64,000 nt of DNA, taken from positions 6,122 through 70,121 of the forward strand of contig CAJQOP010000047.1 of NCBI GenBank assembly GCA_905479945.1. The letters are read 5' to 3'. The notes beneath the pieces were generated by a model. It searched no databases, was not told where the DNA came from, and saw only the letters and a list, made by a program, of their open reading frames with translations. This document shows positions 1 through 10,416 of the stretch, one piece after another; the stretch's first letter is position 1; the number at the start of each line of letters is the position of its first letter. The position numbers and the translations under genes are program-made. Origin of the DNA: an uncultured Glaciecola sp. (GTDB taxonomy: Bacteria; Pseudomonadota; Gammaproteobacteria; Enterobacterales; Alteromonadaceae).

Positions 1-1716
1 TCCTTTGAGGATCCACTTAAACGGCAAGCCCACGTACCAAAATACACGTTTAATTTTACCTGTTGGTTTGACGCTTTGAGACCTTTCACCTAAATCAAGC
101 TCGACGACATCCGTTTCTACAATGACATTACTTTTATCACGTGCGGCTAACATTGGAATAAGCGTCAACGCGACCACAAGAGACACTAATAAAGCAAAGG
201 TAACAGTCAGTGCTTGGTCACTAAACAACTGCCCAGCGATCCCTTCAACAAATACCAATGGAAAGAACACTGCCATAGTAGTTAATGTAGAGGCAACTAT
301 TGCCATCGACACTTCTGACGTTCCTTTCACCGCTGCATCTTGCGCATTCATCTTATTCTTTTTATGGCGGTCAATATTTTCCAGAACCACAATACTGTTA
401 TCAACCAATAAGCCAATTGCTAATGCAATACCGCCTAAACTCATGATATTTAAACTGATATCATAGCTATTCATTAGGTTGAAGGTAGCAATGATTGAAA
501 CCGGAATGGAAATTGAGATAATTAGTGTTGGCCAAATATTCTTTAGGAAAAAATACAGAATGAACATAGCAAGCACACCACCAATAATGGCAGCGGATTT
601 CACTTCGTCTATTGCGCTTGAGATAAACTCAGATTGGTCGTACACTTTTTGTAATTCATAATTGTCAGGCAAGCTTTCACGAATTCGTTCTAGCTGCGCT
701 GACACAGCCTGGGCAACGTTAACAGTATTTGCATCGCCTTCCTTGTAGATGGCGATCTCAACGCCTTCGAAGCCGTTAAAACGCGTAATAGAATCGCGCT
801 CTTTATACGAATCTACGACTTCGGCAACATCATTGAGCTTAATAAAGCGGCCTTCACGTGTCGCAATATATACATTGCGCATATCATCTAGCGATTCAAA
901 CTGATTAATAGTCCGAACCAAATACTCCTGTGAACCATCTTCTACACGGCCACCTGACGCGTTCACGTTTTCATCTTTCAATCGTTGAATTATTTCACTT
1001 AAGGGAATATTAAGTTGACTGGTGCGTTCTTGATTAATTAATACTTGAACTTCATTTTCAAGGCCACCACCAATGCGCACCGAGGCAACACCTTCTATTG
1101 ATTCGAGCTTGCGCTTTATTTCTTCTTCGGCATAAGTTCTAATGCGTTTAGTGGTATTTATATCCATGGCAACAGCGGTTCTTTCTTGCGTTCCCTGATT
1201 AGCGTTGCCTTGCTCGGCTATGCTTGCCTTGTTGGCCTGGCTGTCATTGACTGGATTGCTCACCACTGATGTTTTGGAAGGTGAAACTGCGCCCAAACCT
1301 AAACGCATAACAGGATCCAAACTAGGATTAAAACGAAGTAATAAGGGGCGTTTAACGTCTAGCGGGAGGAAAAGAACATCTAGTTTTTCGCGAACTTCCA
1401 AGCTCGCTAAATCCATTTCGGTGCCCCATTCAAACTCTAGTACAACGTCAGACTGCTCTGCTTTTGAAGCTGATGAGACTTTACGAACCCCCTTTACAAC
1501 GCCAACCACTTCCTCAATTGGTTTGGTGACTAGTTGTTCTACTTCAGCCGGTGCAGCGCCTACATAATCGGTTCGAATGGTTAAAGTAGGATATGACAGC
1601 TCTGGTAACAAATTAATAGATAAGCGTGATAGTGAAACAAAGCCAAATAGCAACACAGCTAAAGTAAACATCCACACAGTAACCGGCCGTTTAACGGCCA
1701 CGTTAATCAAGTTCAT
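1..1716 (-). CDS. Efflux RND transporter permease subunit (AcrB/AcrD/AcrF family), 5' part; runs off the left edge
   Basis: Not in the ORF track. Manual translation from ATG at 1716 gives MNLINVAVKRPVTVWMFTLAVLLFGFVSLSRLSINLLPELSYPTLTIRT and later GGIALAIGLLVDNSIVVLENI, both AcrB-family motifs. It lies directly downstream of the adaptor gene. Confidence 0.93.
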   Translation of the reverse strand, partial: MNLINVAVKRPVTVWMFTLAVLLFGFVSLSRLSINLLPELSYPTLTIRTDYVGAAPAEVEQLVTKPIEEVVGVVKGVRKVSSASKAEQSDVVLEFEWGTEMDLASLEVREKLDVLFLPLDVKRPLLLRFNPSLDPVMRLGLGAVSPSKTSVVSNPVNDSQANKASIAEQGNANQGTQERTAVAMDINTTKRIRTYAEEEIKRKLESIEGVASVRIGGGLENEVQVLINQERTSQLNIPLSEIIQRLKDENVNASGGRVEDGSQEYLVRTINQFESLDDMRNVYIATREGRFIKLNDVAEVVDSYKERDSITRFNGFEGVEIAIYKEGDANTVNVAQAVSAQLERIRESLPDNYELQKVYDQSEFISSAIDEVKSAAIIGGVLAMFILYFFLKNIWPTLIISISIPVSIIATFNLMNSYDISLNIMSLGGIALAIGLLVDNSIVVLENIDRHKKNKMNAQDAAVKGTSEVSMAIVASTLTTMAVFFPLVFVEGIAGQLFSDQALTVTFALLVSLVVALTLIPMLAARDKSNVIVETDVVELDLGERSQSVKPTGKIKRVFWYVGLPFKWILKG

Positions 1717-1730
1717 AATATTGTCCTCAA

Positions 1731-2861
1731 TTAACCGTTAACTATATCAACAGTGGCGTTGTTCTTAAGATTCTGATGGCCTGTAATCACGACTGTTTCG
1801 TTGCCTACAAGACCATCTATTACCTCGATAAAGTTACCTTCTTGGTAGCCCGTTTTAATCGCTACTTTCTTTGCAATACCATTGTCGTCAACAACAAATA
1901 CATTCACGATATCATCCATAGCGAGCATCGCTTTTCTAGGCAATAACGCAACATTGTCGCGGGTATCGTAATTAAGACTAACTTGAGTGAACATACCTGA
2001 CATTAACTTGTTGTCTTCATTTGGTACTCGTAAAGTGACTTTAAATGTACCTGTTTTCGAATCAATTACAGGGCTAATTCTTTCAACAAATGCGTTTACT
2101 ACAGCGTCATCTAATGCAGTTATAACTAAACGTGCCTTTTGGTCTTTATGAACTTTGGATAGCTCTTTTTCAGGCAAGTGAACGATACCGTACAGCTCTT
2201 TTTGCTGCACAATATGAAACATTCTTTCACGTTGGAATGACTCTGTAAGGTTACCAACTTTTGCATTTCGCTCTGCTATATAACCGCTGATAGGCGCAAC
2301 TATTGTGGCCTCTTTTAAATCTAATTGGGCCAGCGCAAGCGTTGCCTTAGCAGATTCATGTTGCGCTGTAATTTTGTCATAAACGTCAACACTAACCAGC
2401 TTTTTAGTAAATACCTTATTGATTTTTGCTAACTCTTTCTCAAGACCATCCATATCCGCTTGAGCGCGCCTTAAATTAAGCTCATATCTTTCTGGCGCTA
2501 GCTTGGCTAAAATTTGGCCCTTCTCAACGTAGTCACCCTCTTCAACCATAATTTCTTCGATAATACCTGATGCCCGTCCGACCACGAATGCCTCTTCTTT
2601 CGCTTCTAAAACGGCAGTGGTTGTATAGTTCGATGAAATACTGCCATTTTCAACTAAGCTTACTTCAACAGGTATAGGGATTACCTTTTCTTCTTCCTTC
2701 TGCACAATTTCTTCATCCACTTTACTTGCCCCTGCTTGGCCGCAACCATTGAGCAATAGTACAGTGCTTAACAAAGTTATTAGCGCACTCATCTTGATTT
2801 TGCTATTCATACGATTAGATGTAAGTGCAGTAGATGCAGTTTGAGTATGTTGAGTAGTCAT
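1731..2861 (-). CDS. Efflux RND transporter periplasmic adaptor subunit (MFP), probable lipoprotein
   Basis: Lipoyl-like motifs (VEEGDYVEKGQILAKL, IVAPISGYI), coiled hairpin, lipobox-like LLNGC; adjacent to the RND permease. Confidence 0.92.
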   Translation of the reverse strand: MTTQHTQTASTALTSNRMNSKIKMSALITLLSTVLLLNGCGQAGASKVDEEIVQKEEEKVIPIPVEVSLVENGSISSNYTTTAVLEAKEEAFVVGRASGIIEEIMVEEGDYVEKGQILAKLAPERYELNLRRAQADMDGLEKELAKINKVFTKKLVSVDVYDKITAQHESAKATLALAQLDLKEATIVAPISGYIAERNAKVGNLTESFQRERMFHIVQQKELYGIVHLPEKELSKVHKDQKARLVITALDDAVVNAFVERISPVIDSKTGTFKVTLRVPNEDNKLMSGMFTQVSLNYDTRDNVALLPRKAMLAMDDIVNVFVVDDNGIAKKVAIKTGYQEGNFIEVIDGLVGNETVVITGHQNLKNNATVDIVNG

Positions 2862-3213
2862 AGTCAGTTCCTTGATTGAACTTGTTGTTTTAATTTATCT
2901 ACCATTAGGATTGCATCGAATGTGCCACCTCATTAATAAGTCATAAAAACAGCAACTTAACGATAAAAAAGGAAAGTAATGTTACGTTTTAACCAGTGTA
3001 ATTGGTGAGTTATGCTAATAATTAGTGAAATTCTTAGCTGTGAGTGGTTTGACCTGATCATGACAAGCAAGAGAATATTGATGTGCTGGCGTTCATATAG
3101 GAAGCGTTTAAATGCCATCAAGCCAACAAAATCGATGCTTGTTGCGCAGATCATGGTCCTGGTTTATTCTCTTCGTAATCTTATCCTATTGCTATTTTAT
3201 GTAAAAAATCATC

Positions 3214-4233
3214 ATGAAAAAAACATTATTAATTCTATCTATTTCCCTAATAATCAGTGCTTGTGGATCTTCTAAAAATATTGATTTGAAGAGTCCAGTT
3301 TTAAATAACGCAGGACAAAACACGGCAATTGAAATGCCAAATGCCAGTTCTGTTCAAATAGCACTTGATGTTGAGTATCTGGCAAGTGACGAGTTAAAAG
3401 GCCGCGATACTGGATCTGAAGGAATAGAAAAAGCTGCGATTTATCTTTCAGAACGATTTTCTGATCTCGGTATTCTGCCTTATCAAGGTTCTTATATGGA
3501 CCATTTTAAAGTTGAAGAAATAGAAGCGTTTAACGTCGTTGCCATGATCCCCGGAACAGACAAGGATTTAATGAATGAAATAGTGGTTATTGGTGCACAT
3601 TATGATCATATAGGTATGGCTCCAGAAGCGAATGTTGATGCTGATGTTGCTGTCGACAGTATAGCAAACGGCGCTAACGATAATGCAACCGGGACAGCAA
3701 CTGTACTGGCTATTGCAGCAAATCTTAAAAAACTCAATTTTAATAAAAGAACTATTGTTTTTGCACTTTTTTCTGCTGAAGAAAAAGGCTTATTAGGTTC
3801 CAAACACCTTGCGCAAGTTATGAAGAAGGAAGGAGCTGACGTTGTAGCAATGATTAATTTTGAAATGACTGGCATACCTATGCTAAACCGTCCTTATATT
3901 ACTTACATAACAGGCCATGACCGCTCTAACATGGCCACTGTTTTCAATACAGAAAACAAAGATCTAGTAGTTACCGGAAAATTAGATCAAGCAGCGGCGT
4001 TTAAATTATTTATGAGATCAGATAATTACCCGTTCTATCAAGAATTCAATGTGCCTTCTCACACATTCAGTACTTTCGATTTTACCAATTTTGCTCACTA
4101 TCATAAAGTGGGGGACGAAGTCTCACTGGTGAATATAAATCATATGACACAAGTTATAGATGCGCTGATGCCTGGCGTCTTCAAAGTAGTAAATGGTGAT
4201 AAATTGAAATTAACCGCGCTTATTACTGAATAA
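3214..4233 (+). CDS. M28 family metallopeptidase, lipoprotein
   Basis: Lipobox LIISAC; M28 motifs GAHYDH, GANDNATG, FSAEEKGLLGS, RSDNYPF, YHKVGD. Confidence 0.9.
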   Translation: MKKTLLILSISLIISACGSSKNIDLKSPVLNNAGQNTAIEMPNASSVQIALDVEYLASDELKGRDTGSEGIEKAAIYLSERFSDLGILPYQGSYMDHFKVEEIEAFNVVAMIPGTDKDLMNEIVVIGAHYDHIGMAPEANVDADVAVDSIANGANDNATGTATVLAIAANLKKLNFNKRTIVFALFSAEEKGLLGSKHLAQVMKKEGADVVAMINFEMTGIPMLNRPYITYITGHDRSNMATVFNTENKDLVVTGKLDQAAAFKLFMRSDNYPFYQEFNVPSHTFSTFDFTNFAHYHKVGDEVSLVNINHMTQVIDALMPGVFKVVNGDKLKLTALITE

Positions 4234-4236
4234 CAA

Positions 4237-4377
4237 AATATAGAACTATTCGGACATCGTGACTCAAGCCACGCGCTGAAAGTTAAGGTTTGCCACAGTG
4301 CTGCAGGGATTGAGCATGAATACCAAGTGGTAGATATTTTTTCGGATAGAGAAACTAGAGATTTGGAGTGGCTTTAG
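4237..4377 (+). pseudogene. Remnant of a glutathione S-transferase N-terminal domain
   Basis: Translation NIELFGHRDSSHALKVKVCHSAAGIEHEYQVVDIFSDRETRDLEWL* resembles GST N-termini (LFGHxDSGHxxKV...GIxHEYxVVDI). No start codon; stops follow. Confidence 0.5.
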
Positions 4378-4527
4378 CTCGATGTTTAAATGATGTCAAT
4401 GTACTTGATCAACAGTTGAGTGATGGCCGCAAATTCATGCTTGTAGAGCAGCTAACGTTTCTCATGCTGTTACAGGTGAATGTCATGTCAAAGTGAATGC
4501 TGTAATTAAAGTATTGAAAGCTAGTGC

Positions 4528-5088
4528 TTAATCACAATCTTTAATATAAACAGCTGGCACGCCTGCTACTACGGTATTCTCTGCAACCGATTTATTGACT
4601 ACTGCACCAGCACCAACAACGGCATTTTCACCAATAGTGACGCCGGGTAAAATCTTTGCTCCCATGCCAATCCAAACCCCATTTCCAATTGTAATGGCGT
4701 GCGCTGTTTCAATCCCCTTTTTGCGTTTTAAGGCATTTGTGGGATGCGTGGCGGTTGAAATTAAAACTCCCGGCGCCAACATCACATCATCACCAATTGT
4801 GACAGGCGCTGCGTCAAGAATAACGCAGCCATGGTTGGCATAAAACTGCTTGCCAATGTGAATGTTATAGCCATAATCACAGTGAAATTGATGCTCTATC
4901 CAAAAAGAATGACTACTGCCAAACAATCCTTTCAGCAACTTCATTCTCTGTTTATATTCGGCTGGAGGCAAATAATTAGCTTGATGGCAGACTGCCTTAG
5001 CTTTCATTCTATCGGCATGTAGTTGTTTGTTGCTCGGAAAGTACTCCTGCCCAGAAAGCATTTTTAGTTTTTCTGTTGCTTCTGTCAT
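4528..5088 (-). CDS. maa: Sugar O-acetyltransferase (maltose O-acetyltransferase family)
   Basis: EKLKMLSGQEY start, CDYGYNIHIG, hexapeptide repeats, VVAGVPA. Confidence 0.85.
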   Translation of the reverse strand: MTEATEKLKMLSGQEYFPSNKQLHADRMKAKAVCHQANYLPPAEYKQRMKLLKGLFGSSHSFWIEHQFHCDYGYNIHIGKQFYANHGCVILDAAPVTIGDDVMLAPGVLISTATHPTNALKRKKGIETAHAITIGNGVWIGMGAKILPGVTIGENAVVGAGAVVNKSVAENTVVAGVPAVYIKDCD

Positions 5089-5570
5089 GCAGAACTCTCA
5101 GTGATGCTCACCAATTGTTTAAACTTACTAATACTTTCCTCTGGATTTGAAACATCAATATTAGCATTCAATATGGCTAACACTCGGCGCTTTATCTCGG
5201 TAATTGTATCGAGGAATGCGGCTGCTATTTCATCTTCACTTCCCGTTAATTTTGAAGGATCAGCTAAACCCCAATGCACTTTTATGCTATTTCCAAACCA
5301 CAGTGGACAAGCCTCTCCTGCCGCTGAATCACAAACTGTGACTACAATGTCGGGGGCAAATTCTTCAAAATCATCCCAAGACTGGCTTCTTAAACCATTG
5401 ATATCAATACCACTTTTTTCAAGATATTTCAAAGACAAAGGATGCACTTCACCTACCGGTTGGCTGCCCGCACTTCGCGCCTCAATTTTACCGCAAGCAA
5501 CATGATTGCTTATCGCTTCAGACAAAATACTGCGGCACCGATTATGTGTACAAATATATAATATTTTCAT
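5085..5570 (-). CDS. arsC: Arsenate reductase ArsC / LMW-PTP family
   Basis: P-loop CTHNRCRS, SAGS, TVCDSAAGEACP, HWGLADP. Confidence 0.85.
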   Translation of the reverse strand: MKILYICTHNRCRSILSEAISNHVACGKIEARSAGSQPVGEVHPLSLKYLEKSGIDINGLRSQSWDDFEEFAPDIVVTVCDSAAGEACPLWFGNSIKVHWGLADPSKLTGSEDEIAAAFLDTITEIKRRVLAILNANIDVSNPEESISKFKQLVSITESSA

Positions 5571-6127
5571 TAAAAATTCGGCTTATAGTCATACGACTCG
5601 ACTGTCCCAGATTGATGAAAGTTGTCGAGCTTATGCTTCTTAGCAAAAATTTTATTAACGATATTGTACGGCACCATTTCAATTGAATTATTAAAGTGTT
5701 CAACACTTCGATTATAAATTGTAATTGCCGCAGCCACATTTTCATTCTTATCGCTAATTTCATCCATCAATTCCTGCACAATCTTGGTCGAACCCAACTC
5801 TGGATAATTCTCAGCAGTCGCTTTGAATGAGGAAAAAAGTGCGTTTGATTTAGTTTCTGCATTAGCCAGTGCTTTAACGTCTATTTCGTCTTTGTCCAAA
5901 ACGGAAATTGACTCTCTCAAAGCGGTAACTTTTTCAATAAAATCACTCTCAAATTCTTTAAAATTTTCGGTTAAGGAGGTTAATTGAGGAATTACGTCCT
6001 GTTTGAGTTTTTCATATGTAATAACATCAGACCAAGCACGCTTTGCTCTGTTTAAATTACCCACGATAGTGTTGTAAAGTACAATAATGCCAATGAAGAC
6101 AATGGTTAAAACTGCTAATGTAATCAT
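5570..6127 (-). CDS. lemA: LemA family protein
   Basis: N-terminal TM, YNTIV, AENYPEL, YNRSVEHFN. Confidence 0.85.
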   Translation of the reverse strand: MITLAVLTIVFIGIIVLYNTIVGNLNRAKRAWSDVITYEKLKQDVIPQLTSLTENFKEFESDFIEKVTALRESISVLDKDEIDVKALANAETKSNALFSSFKATAENYPELGSTKIVQELMDEISDKNENVAAAITIYNRSVEHFNNSIEMVPYNIVNKIFAKKHKLDNFHQSGTVESYDYKPNF

Positions 6128-6139
6128 TATGTTTCCTAA

Positions 6140-7117
6140 TTATTTGTTTTCGTTAATAAACTGAACGAGCTCTTTGCTGCTTTCAAGTAAGGGGATTTTT
6201 ACAGGCGCTTTTAAGCACTGCACAAAATCGTTTATGCGTCGTAATGAAGGTTTTTTGACCTCACTAGGGAAAACCCCTTTGGGTAACTCAAAACAAGCAA
6301 TAGAGTTAGAGTTAACGTCCATTGACTCAATAAAGTGGTATTTATCTGCAAATGCTAACACAACCTTTGGGTCGAAGAATTTAGCCGCTTGTATTTCACT
6401 TGCACATCTAACCTTAAATAACTTATTAAACGTCCTGCTTGCTGAATCCCACTTCATTGAAAACCGACCCGCATTGAGAGTGAGATAATTGAAGTTGTCA
6501 AACTGCACTAACATACCGTATTTGTAGATCGTACTTTTAGTTGTTGTCGTGCGCGAGTTGCCATTACTGTCGGTAGATGAACTCCTAGTAACATTTACAT
6601 ATTTGAATTCAAACAAGGTGAACGGAGTCGTGTCAACACCGCCTAGGTATCGTTTAGTAATACTCTGTCCCTCATTACCACAATTGAACAAGGGAAATAT
6701 GTCTTTAAGTTCACTCCAATATGCTTTGCCATTAAACTCATAATCGCGCTCAATGCCTGCATTAATAGCTACCGCTCTAACGTATAACTGATCGCCTACA
6801 CTTTTTATCGATGCATAGCGCAGCCAGATAGTAACTATAGAAACAAGCGCAGCAACAAAGCTAAAAACACGCATACCAATGCGCTGGTCATACGATAAGT
6901 TCATTTGCCCCCAATAGGATAGCGAAAGTGAAAGTACCGCTAAGGCCAAAGCAATAAACGCAAAGCTATTATTGAACTTGTATTGCCCACCTTTAGAATA
7001 TTCTCTTATATGCTGCGCCGCCTTATCAATATCATTTTTTGATTTAGCTGTAATTGCGTAGGCTTTGAGTCTTTCTAGGTGACTTTTTAAGTGTTTGTTT
7101 CTGGATGTCTGCTGCAT
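6140..7117 (-). CDS. Two-TM membrane protein of the type that accompanies LemA (DUF3137-like)
   Basis: Two hydrophobic helices followed by a soluble domain with an S/T-rich turn; directly upstream of lemA. Confidence 0.55.
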   Translation of the reverse strand: MQQTSRNKHLKSHLERLKAYAITAKSKNDIDKAAQHIREYSKGGQYKFNNSFAFIALALAVLSLSLSYWGQMNLSYDQRIGMRVFSFVAALVSIVTIWLRYASIKSVGDQLYVRAVAINAGIERDYEFNGKAYWSELKDIFPLFNCGNEGQSITKRYLGGVDTTPFTLFEFKYVNVTRSSSTDSNGNSRTTTTKSTIYKYGMLVQFDNFNYLTLNAGRFSMKWDSASRTFNKLFKVRCASEIQAAKFFDPKVVLAFADKYHFIESMDVNSNSIACFELPKGVFPSEVKKPSLRRINDFVQCLKAPVKIPLLESSKELVQFINENK

Positions 7118-7457
7118 GCGCCCTCTAGTTAAAGCTACGAATCGAGATTAATATATCACAGACCTTAATTGAGTATATAGATTGCGTGAACAGTTTGAAA
7201 AACAAAACAATGGACTTGTGTTTGGGCCACTTTCACAATTTAATCAAACACTTGTTAAAGTTGTGTTAATAAATTATATTAGCCGCAACTTTTTCGTAAC
7301 ACATTGGCAGTTATAGAAGTTGATATTACTTTTGAGCATGCAATATGAGCATGACGAAGCCCAATGCTGTAAGAGTAAACTTGGTATGCGTTCATATTTC
7401 AAGCCCAACGATACCAAGCTCATTAATAATAATTAGAACTACCTAGCAGGAGTCACA

Positions 7458-8063
7458 ATGATCTTAAATCACTTATGGGGTATCTATACCCATCCAAAAG
7501 AAGAATGGCATACAATAGATAAGCGCCATGAGTCTTATTTTTATTCCTTGAGCCATATTATGCTAATCGCTCTAATCCCTGCAGGAATGGCTTATTATGC
7601 CTCGGCTCACTTGGGTTGGGATATTGGTGCCGGTGCAACCGCTGATACCGTTAAGCTAACGCAACAAAGCGCTATGCAAATGGCTATTGCTATGTATTTT
7701 GGTTTAATTATTGGTGTGATTGCGCTCGCAGTATTAATTCATGAACTTGCAAAATCGTTTGATGCTTTTCCTAATTATACACAATCACTAGAACTGGCCG
7801 CCTATACTGCCACCCCAATATTTATGACAGGTTTCAGCGCATTTTATCCGGAGCTTTGGTTTATAATGTGCATCGGTCTTGTGGGCTTGTCCTATTCAGT
7901 TTACTTACTTTACTCTGGTGTCCCTATCATGCTGCATATCCCAGAAGAAAAAGGGTTTATTTACAGCAGTTCAGTCGTTACATGCGGATTAGTCCTACTG
8001 GTCATATTAATGGCGTCATCAGTCATTCTTTGGAGTATTGGTATAGGACCGCAGTATATGTAA
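7458..8063 (+). CDS. Yip1 family inner membrane protein (YohC-like)
   Basis: HLWGIYTHPKEEW start, AAYTATP, YSVYLLYSGVP; five TM segments. Confidence 0.85.
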   Translation: MILNHLWGIYTHPKEEWHTIDKRHESYFYSLSHIMLIALIPAGMAYYASAHLGWDIGAGATADTVKLTQQSAMQMAIAMYFGLIIGVIALAVLIHELAKSFDAFPNYTQSLELAAYTATPIFMTGFSAFYPELWFIMCIGLVGLSYSVYLLYSGVPIMLHIPEEKGFIYSSSVVTCGLVLLVILMASSVILWSIGIGPQYM

Positions 8064-8086
8064 GGAGTTTATAAAGCATAGCCTTT

Positions 8087-8127
8087 GCATACAAAAAAGC
8101 CCGCTACATGCGGGCTTTTTTGTATGC
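8087..8127. terminator. Bidirectional rho-independent terminator
   Basis: gcatacaaaaaagcccgc-(loop)-gcgggcttttttgtatgc between the convergent yip1 and purF genes. Confidence 0.85.
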
Positions 8128-8171
8128 TTGTCTAAATTTAAGGGCTCTTGGGCTATAAGGCAATCGAGCCC

Positions 8172-9692
8172 CTATTGATTTGAGTCCATATTATGCATTT
8201 CAAGATTGCTTAACTCTTCTTGAACAACGGGCGAATTTTCCTTTTCACTTCTCGATTTATCAATACTTTCTAAATAATCCTGATCAACATCACCAGTAAT
8301 ATAATTACCATCAAATACGGAGGTTTCAAACTGAGTTAAGCTTGGATTCTCTGATCTGACCGCATCAACTAAGTCAGAAATATCTTGGAAAATAAGCCCA
8401 TCAGCTTTTATACACTCTGCAATTTGCTCAATCTCTCTGCCATAGGCAATTAACTCATTGGCTGAAGGCATGTCAATTCCATATACATTTGGAAAACGAA
8501 TTTCCGGCGCTGCTGACGCGAAATAAACTTTATTGGCACCTGATTCACGTGCCATCTCAATAATTTGCTCAGAAGTGGTCCCACGAACAATCGAGTCGTC
8601 TACCAAAAGTACATTTTTACCTTTAAATTCAGATTTAATTGCATTGAGCTTTCGTCGCACTGATTTTCTGCGCTGAGTTTGTCCAGGCATAATAAATGTT
8701 CTGCCAATATAGCGGTTTTTAACAAAGCCTTGGCGATAAGGTTTTTTCAGTGTATTTGCAATTTGCAGCGCAACATCCATGGATGTTTCTGGAATAGGTA
8801 TCACTACGTCAATATCAAGGTGGCTCCACTCTTTCGCAATTTTTTCGCCTAACTTAGTGCCCATATTCACGCGAGAAGCATAAACACTAATACCGTCAAT
8901 GAAGGAATCTGGACGAGCAAAGTACACAAACTCAAAGATACAAGGCGTGCATACTGGGTTTTTAGCACATTGCTTAGTGAACAGTTCACCCTCTTGATTA
9001 ACATAAATCGCTTCACCTGGCGCTACGTCTCTAACAAAGGTAAAACCAACCGAATCTAGCGCAACACTCTCTGATGCGACCATGTACTCATCGCCATGCT
9101 CGGATTGACGTTTACCTAACACTAATGGACGAATGCCAAAAGGGTCTCTAAAAGCAACCATGCCGTTACCAATAATGGCAGCAACTACCGCGTAAGCACC
9201 TCTAATTTTAGTATGCACAGTTTCAACAGCTGAAAATATTTCCTCTGGTTTTACTTCAAAACCAGCTGCATTTTGCAAGGCATGAGCGAAGATATTAAGC
9301 AATAATTCGGAATCAGAAGTAGTGTTGATGTGACGTCGAGCAATGCTAAATACTTCAGCTTGGAGGTCATGAGCGTTTGTTAAGTTACCATTATGAGCAA
9401 AAGCGATACCAAACGGTGAGTTCACATAAAAAGGCTGAGCCTCAGCGGAACTTGAAGAACCCGCTGTAGGATAGCGACAATGACCAATACCAACATTACC
9501 AGTTAAGCGTTTCATGTGGCGAGTGCGGAATACATCGCGCACTAAGCCATTCTCTTTGCGTAAGTGAAACATGCCATCATCAATGGTCATTATGCCAGCG
9601 GCATCTTGACCGCGATGTTGAAGCACAGTAAGCGCGTCATATATATCTTGATTTACAGGGCCTTTGCCAGCGATGCCTACGATACCACACAT
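8172..9692 (-). CDS. purF: Amidophosphoribosyltransferase
   Basis: MCGIVG N-terminal nucleophile, [13 protein letters not shown] motif [12 protein letters not shown]. Confidence 0.98.
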   Translation of the reverse strand: MCGIVGIAGKGPVNQDIYDALTVLQHRGQDAAGIMTIDDGMFHLRKENGLVRDVFRTRHMKRLTGNVGIGHCRYPTAGSSSSAEAQPFYVNSPFGIAFAHNGNLTNAHDLQAEVFSIARRHINTTSDSELLLNIFAHALQNAAGFEVKPEEIFSAVETVHTKIRGAYAVVAAIIGNGMVAFRDPFGIRPLVLGKRQSEHGDEYMVASESVALDSVGFTFVRDVAPGEAIYVNQEGELFTKQCAKNPVCTPCIFEFVYFARPDSFIDGISVYASRVNMGTKLGEKIAKEWSHLDIDVVIPIPETSMDVALQIANTLKKPYRQGFVKNRYIGRTFIMPGQTQRRKSVRRKLNAIKSEFKGKNVLLVDDSIVRGTTSEQIIEMARESGANKVYFASAAPEIRFPNVYGIDMPSANELIAYGREIEQIAECIKADGLIFQDISDLVDAVRSENPSLTQFETSVFDGNYITGDVDQDYLESIDKSRSEKENSPVVQEELSNLEMHNMDSNQ

Positions 9693-9703
9693 AAGAAAAC
9701 CTT

Positions 9704-10195
9704 TTATTCGGTAGGGGAAAGGAAGCTAGAGCTTTCTTTAACGTATTCAAAAAACCATTCGATAATGACTGTAAATTCAGGCACTAATATAGATTGTAGC
9801 CACCATTCACTATCAGCAAATGGTGTAAATGTGTCCATAAAGAAAAGCAAGGCACTTATAATCAATACGCCTCTGATACCGCCAAAAACAGCGCCTAAGG
9901 CTCTATCAGTCCCGCTTAACCCAGTCGCTTTGACTAACTGAGAAAATACATAGTTGACCAGTGCCCCAATAATTAATGTGGAAATAAATAAGATGGCTAT
10001 TGCAACACCATTTCTGAATAGTTCGTCTGAAATACGAGTCAGAAATTTGGCAAGTTGAGGATATAATTGACTAGAGACTATGAAAGCTGAAAACCAAACA
10101 ACAAGTGAAATAGCTTCTTTTATAAAGCCACGAATAACGCTGATGATCGCAGATAAGGCTATGATGCCTAGTAGGGTGAAGTCAAACCAATTCAT
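9704..10195 (-). CDS. cvpA: Colicin V production protein CvpA
   Basis: [20 protein letters not shown]; immediately upstream of purF. Confidence 0.95.
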   Translation of the reverse strand: MNWFDFTLLGIIALSAIISVIRGFIKEAISLVVWFSAFIVSSQLYPQLAKFLTRISDELFRNGVAIAILFISTLIIGALVNYVFSQLVKATGLSGTDRALGAVFGGIRGVLIISALLFFMDTFTPFADSEWWLQSILVPEFTVIIEWFFEYVKESSSFLSPTE

Positions 10196-10292
10196 ATTAA
10201 AAATACGTCATAAGTTGAAGTGCAGTTATAAGCCTGTTCAAGATGTTTAGCAAAGAAAAAAACATCTAGGAGAGCCTTCTAATTTGCGCCGC

Positions 10293-10321
10293 ATTCTATC
10301 AGATGACAACACTCAGTCCAA
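10293..10321 (-). promoter_or_regulatory. Sigma70 promoter of cvpA-purF with GC-rich discriminator
   Basis: Minus strand TTGGAC-N17-TAGAAT followed by GCGGCGC. Confidence 0.6.
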
Positions 10322-10416
10322 CAATAAAATAAGTTTAAAAGCCCATTTCTAGTTTATCAAGCTAGGTCTTTTTCATCTCAGACCGACTGCTGCGACCTTT
10401 CAGCCTAATTAATTGA

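Noticed and set aside
122-1567. Three plus-strand ORFs (122, 479, 1205)
   Set aside because: Antisense shadows of the RND permease, which the track missed because it is truncated by the window edge. The same reasoning applies to the many other short ORFs nested antisense to core genes.
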